Source: Squalus acanthias (Eukaryota). From it: a stretch of 64,000 nt of DNA. The position numbers and the translations under genes are program-made. The notes beneath the pieces are model-generated. The model saw nothing but the letters and a program-made list of their open reading frames with translations, searched no databases and was not told the DNA's origin. The DNA lies in the NCBI GenBank assembly GCA_030390025.1, contig CM059433.1, positions 12,402,001 through 12,466,000 of the forward strand. Direction: 5' to 3'. This document shows positions 59,272 through 64,000 of this stretch, one piece after another. Within the stretch, counting starts at the first letter, position 1. Every line of letters begins with the position of its first letter.

Positions 59272-61040
59272 ATGGAGAGGGTGAGAGAACGCGCTCATCG
59301 CTTCACCGAGCGGGCCTTGGATGCTCTGGTTGGCGCAGTGGAGCGCAGACGATGTATGCTGTTCCCTGAGAGTGGCAGGAGGCCTTTGCCACGCGAGTTC
59401 AGAAGAGTGTGGAGGGAGGTGGCTCAGAGCGTCTCCTCCAGGAGCATGGTGCCCAGGACCCATACTCAATGCCGCAAAAAGTTCAACGACCTCACTCGGG
59501 TCGTCAGGGTGAGTGGCTTTTTCTCAATACCTCTCCATCCCTCCATCTCAACCTCACTCTATGGCCAGAGGGTCTTAAAACCCCAATGCACAACACTCAT
59601 CCAACACCTATGGCCCTTTCATCAAACACACACACACATTCCACACTTTGCATACAGTAAGGGCTATTCACCTATGGGAAGCACATCAGGCAAGACCATG
59701 GCTGTATATTTACTCAGATGCTGTCCTTTTTCTTACAGGCCAAGCTGGCGCATAATCGGAGACAGCAGCAACGGACAGGTGGAGGGCGGCCTCAGCTGCA
59801 ACCCCTCAGCGATCTGGAGGAGCGCGTCCACAGGATTGTGGCAAGCCGGGTGATCGGTCCCGTCGCCACTGGAGACGCCGACCCCGTTGTGGACAGCAAT
59901 GGTAAGGTCATCACCTTTTTGTCCTCTGTCCTTCCACTTGTCCCTCACAACACCAGCCTTTGACACTTTCAATCCAACTTGCTAACTCACTGCACTTATT
60001 CCTCCCTTACTGCCACCCTGTCCTCACGCTAAAGCCACTCTTGTACCTCCCTGCTTTCAGATGGTGATTCACCAGCTGAGGAGACGGGCCCTGAAGCTGC
60101 CACTGGGAGTGATGCTGCAGCTGAGGAGGAAGAGGAAGCCAGAGCATCAGTGCCACCCTCTCCCGAGGAAGCCCATGCCCACACTGGGAACACGCCTTCC
60201 CCGGAGGGGAGCAGGGGGGAAGGGGCTGATGATGGTGAAGCTCCAGGACCCAGCGGGCTGCAGCAATGCCATGGGCGGGGTAGGGAAGAACGGGGGCCTT
60301 CTCCCCAGAGGGAGAGTATGCCAGACACTCCTACTGCAATGGACGCAGAGGAGGAGCGGCTGATTGCAGAAATGAACACCCAGGCGGTGGGCATGCACAC
60401 TGAGCTCATGGGTGCAGTGGGAAGGGTGCCCGAATGCATTGAGTCACTGGCAAGGAGTGTGGAGCACTTCGCTGTAGCACAGGCGGATGCCACACTAACG
60501 CTTAGTGCTGCAATTCAGTCACTGGCTGCCGTGATCCCACCTCTGACTGCTCTCATACAGACTCAGATTGAGGCCACGCGAGCACAGACTGCTGCCAACC
60601 TCGATGGTTCGTGCACATGTCCCCGGGGCTGTCACCGCGCCGCAGCAGGCCAGCAATCTGTTCTCCGGCAGATTGCTCCGGATGCTGAAGTGCTGCCCCG
60701 TGGGAGTGCCAGTGTGTCGGGCGAGCAGGGAGTTGCTGTCCTCTCGCACGATGACAGCATTCCTGCTGCCAACACTGTCACTTCTCCACTGCACTTGCCA
60801 CCGCCTGTAGGACAGACTGCTGCCGCCCATGCAGAGTTGGTGCAGTCTGCAGCCGGGCCCTCCAGGCCCAGAAGTGGTCGAGGCCGTCCTTCAGGGGCAT
60901 CTGCAGTGTCAGGGTCTGACGAGCAGCAGCCTTCCACCAGCCTTGCTGCAGCCACTGAGGTCCCATTACGGAGGAGCAGTAGGGTTAGAAGGGGGGAAGT
61001 GCGCAAGGGAAGGAGATCACCCTCGAAGGGCAAAAAGTAG
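59272..61040 (+). CDS. Harbinger Myb/SANT-like DNA-binding protein, 3 exons, 459 aa (copy 2)
   Basis: Exons 59272-59508, 59739-59901 and 60061-61040; all GT-AG sites are retained and the frame is open. Confidence 0.88.
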
Positions 61041-61334
61041 GAGGTGTGACAAAATGCTGGTCATTTTTTTATTAAAGGCCGAGGTTCATGGTCCAACTTT
61101 TGTTTAGTGTTTTGGACATTATCTCCAGGTTGTGAGAACCAGTTATGTTATTGACTGTTTTTTTGTGTTTATTTCTATGAGTTTGTCATGAGGAATTGAC
61201 ACACACAGAGTTTGTAAAATAAATAAGTTTCTGTATACAAAATATACATGGCTGGTGGTTGGAATTATTGGTGCCTTGGCCGGCTTAGGGGTTGCGTGCT
61301 GGGTTGATTAATGTTTGTAGCAATGGCAGGGGCC

Positions 61335-62495
61335 CTAGAAGCGGCTTGCTATTAGTCGTTGACGGACGGCCCTTGCAGTTTGACCATTGTGGGCCGCCCT
61401 CCCGCCTTGGTGCTGCTGATGATCATCGTCCTCGTCCTCTTCCTCCTCTTCCTCCTCCTCCTCTGGTGGTGCTACAAGGCCTGGTGGCATTGGCTGGGTC
61501 CTGAGGATTGCCATGTTGTGCAACATGCAGCACACGACTACGAAGTTCGAAACTTGCTCAGGCGAGTACTGCAGGGCTCCTCCGGAATGGTCCAGACAGC
61601 GGAACCGTTGTTTCAGCACGCCGATTGTGCGCTCAATAATGTTCCTGGTTGCTTGATGGCTTTCATTGTACCGCAGCTCAGCAGGGGTGTTTGGCGTACG
61701 GAGCGGTGTCATCAGCCAGGTGCTCAATGCGTACCCCTTGTCCCCCAGAAGCCAACCAACTGGCTGATGCGGTGCCTCGAAAACTTCTGCCACAGTAGTC
61801 TGGCGCAGGATGAAAGCATCGTGGCAGCTGCCCGGATAGTGGGCATTGACAGCGAGTATCACCTGTCTGTGGTCACAGACCAACTGCACATTCAAGGAAT
61901 GGAACCCCTTTCTGTTCCTGAATTCCTCTGCATTCTCTCGCGGAGCACGCAAAGCCACATGCGTGCAGTCAATGGCGCCCTGCACCATGGGGAAGCCCGC
62001 TACCCTCGCAAAGCCCAGAGCACGGTCACGCTGCTTGTCTGGGGTCATAGGGAAAGAGATGAAGTCTCGTCTCCTTCTGAAGAGGGCATTGGTGACCTGC
62101 CGGATGCAGCGATGCACCGCAAACTGGGAGATATTGGCGAGGTCCCCAACAGCAGCTTGGAATGAGCCAGTGGCGTAGAAGTTCAAAGCCACTGTGACCT
62201 TCACTGCCACCGACAGAGACGTCCTGGACCTCAGCTGAGGCTGCAGATCTGGCTGCAGCAGGTGGCAGAGCTCAGTGACCACCTCCTTGCTGAATCGCAG
62301 CCTTCGCAAACACAGCTCCTCGGACATATGGATGTAGGAGAGCTGTTCACGATATACCCTGGGAGGGTAAGCTCTCCTGTACATGCGCCTGATGGCCCTC
62401 CTCCGTCTGGCCATCATTGCCACTCTCTGTCTGCGTCTCTGTATCCTCCGATTCAGCTGGAGCAGGACGACGCCCCCAATCATTGCAGCCCCCAT
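61335..62495 (-). CDS. Harbinger DDE transposase, 386 aa (copy 2)
   Basis: Intact D-D-E motifs. Three amino-acid differences from copy 1 (IPRR/IQRR, HSRG/HSGG, QGRR/QGGR). Confidence 0.95.
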   Translation of the reverse strand: MGAAMIGGVVLLQLNRRIQRRRQRVAMMARRRRAIRRMYRRAYPPRVYREQLSYIHMSEELCLRRLRFSKEVVTELCHLLQPDLQPQLRSRTSLSVAVKVTVALNFYATGSFQAAVGDLANISQFAVHRCIRQVTNALFRRRRDFISFPMTPDKQRDRALGFARVAGFPMVQGAIDCTHVALRAPRENAEEFRNRKGFHSLNVQLVCDHRQVILAVNAHYPGSCHDAFILRQTTVAEVFEAPHQPVGWLLGDKGYALSTWLMTPLRTPNTPAELRYNESHQATRNIIERTIGVLKQRFRCLDHSGGALQYSPEQVSNFVVVCCMLHNMAILRTQPMPPGLVAPPEEEEEEEEEDEDDDHQQHQGGRAAHNGQTARAVRQRLIASRF

Positions 62496-64000
62496 ATTCT
62501 CTTTGCCAGAAAAGTAATGAGGTACAGCAACTAAAGTAGCAACAAAGTTAGGATGAATAGGCAAAACTACCTCACAAAGCGTTGAGTCAATGTAGAAGTC
62601 TCTCTCTCTCTCTCTCCGAATCTCTCTCTCTCTCTCAGAACGAGTGGTGCATAAATGTCGACCACAGAAAAAGACAGGAAGAGGCCCCCTTTAAATAGCG
62701 CCCCCCCCAGCCCCACACCGATTGATAGCGTTCCAGTCTTCCGGTCGTTGGAAGCGCCAGGCGGTAAGGCAGGGGGCGCCACTCAATTTCCGCTCCGGGG
62801 CGCCCCAAGGGCGTTGCACCATGGAATGACGTCATAATCTGCGCGCGCAGGTGGTCGCAGCGGTAAGTTTTAGCGCCGCCGCACAATCTCAAGTTAAGTT
62901 CTCGAGCGGCGCAAACATCGCTGCGCCCGGGCGTTAGCGGCTTAACGCCCCATTAGCGCCCTCTTAAGGCGCTAACGGGAGGCGCAACCAAGTGAATTTT
63001 TACCCCTTGTTCTGGATGGATTGCATCCACACATATTAAAAGAAGTTAGGAAAGAGGTAGCAGAAGCACTATTACATATATATAAACATTCATTATAAAT
63101 GGGAATAGTGCCAGAGGACTGGCGGGCAGCTAATGTGATTCCTATATTTAAAAAGGGAGGTGGAACAAATCCAGGGAACTGTAGGCGAATTAGCTGAATG
63201 TCGGTGGTAGGAAAGATAATGGAATCCTTACTCAAAGATGTAATAGAAAAATATCTGGAAATTGAAAATATAATAAAGACTGGTCAGCACGGATTTCGAA
63301 AGGGAAGGTCATGCTTGACCAGCCTTATTGAATTATTTGAAGAAGTAACAGAAAGAATAGACAAGGATAAGACATAATATATTTGGATTTTCAAAAAGCC
63401 TTCGATAAGGTACTGTGCGGTAGAATCATGACTAAGGCTATAACATGTGGAGTCAGGGGACAAGTAGCGAGCTGGCTATGAAACAGAAAACAGAGAGTAG
63501 GGGTTAAAGGTGGTCACTCAGATTGGCAAAAGGTGGGAACTAGTGTTCCACGTGGATCGGTACTGGGATCATTGCTGTTCACCATTTACATAAACGATTT
63601 GGACTTGGAAATCGGAAGTACAATTTCAAAATTTGTGGCTGACACCAAATTGGTGGATGTAGTTAATACAGGGGAGGACTGCAACAAAATACAGGAAGAC
63701 ATTAATGAACTTGAAGAATGGGCGTGCAATTGGAAAATGAACTTCAATCTGAGGTGGTACATCTTGATAAGAATAAGGAGGCCACATACTTCTTGGAAAA
63801 TAAGTGTCTAAATGGGATAGAGGAGCAGAGGGATCTTGGGATACAGATACACAAATCACTAAAAGTAGCAATGCAGCTTAATAAGGCCATACAAAAGCAA
63901 ACATAGCACTGGGGGTCATTTCTAGAGGGATAGAATTCAAAAACAGGGAAGTTATGTTAAACTTGTATTGAACCTTGGTTAGACCACACTTGCAGTACTG

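Larger units (their letters stand above)
58914..63006 (+). mobile_element. Intact autonomous PIF/Harbinger transposon, copy 2 (4093 bp)
   Basis: Same TIRs as copy 1. TSD TTG (58911-58913, 63007-63009). It is 112 bp shorter than copy 1 (two 54-bp units plus 4 bp at a G run). Confidence 0.96.
58530..64000 (+). mobile_element. Older decayed CR1 split by Harbinger copy 2 (58530-58913 and 63007-64000)
   Basis: MAEILNNYFASVFT.. then GATAAAACCC-TTG-TTCTGGATGGATTGCATCCA (decayed DKxPGPDGLHP) across the insertion, followed by DFQKAFD, VPRGSVLG and FVADTK. Confidence 0.88.

Noticed and set aside
42356..63006. Segmental duplication or assembly artefact as the origin of the two Harbinger copies
   Set aside because: Identity stops exactly at the TIRs, the TSDs differ, each copy splits a different host repeat, and substitutions are scattered throughout.

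Overview
This 64-kb window is eukaryotic DNA made mostly of transposable elements, probably intronic or intergenic. The repeat repertoire (HE1-like V-SINEs, tRNA/L2-tailed SINEs, several CR1 families with (CATAGAnn)n tails, L2, RTE, Penelope) points to a cartilaginous fish; this is inference. I could not identify any host gene. Main content: (1) Two near-identical, apparently intact autonomous PIF/Harbinger DNA transposons (42356-46560 and 58914-63006). Each has 12-bp TIRs, its own 3-bp TSD, an intronless DDE transposase (386 aa, minus strand) and a convergent three-exon Myb/SANT-like gene (459 aa, plus strand) that the ORF track shows only in fragments. (2) Related MITEs and many decayed Harbinger relics, whose insertion sites share a C-NWN-(G) context; two sit in CR1 microsatellite tails. 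(3) Penelope-derived insertions carrying hammerhead-ribozyme cores, including a long hairpin with one core on each strand. (4) A V-SINE variant that has swapped its 3' tail for that of a younger CR1 family. (5) Nesting of elements up to four levels deep. Boundaries of decayed repeats are approximate; TIR, TSD and exon coordinates of the young elements were read base by base.
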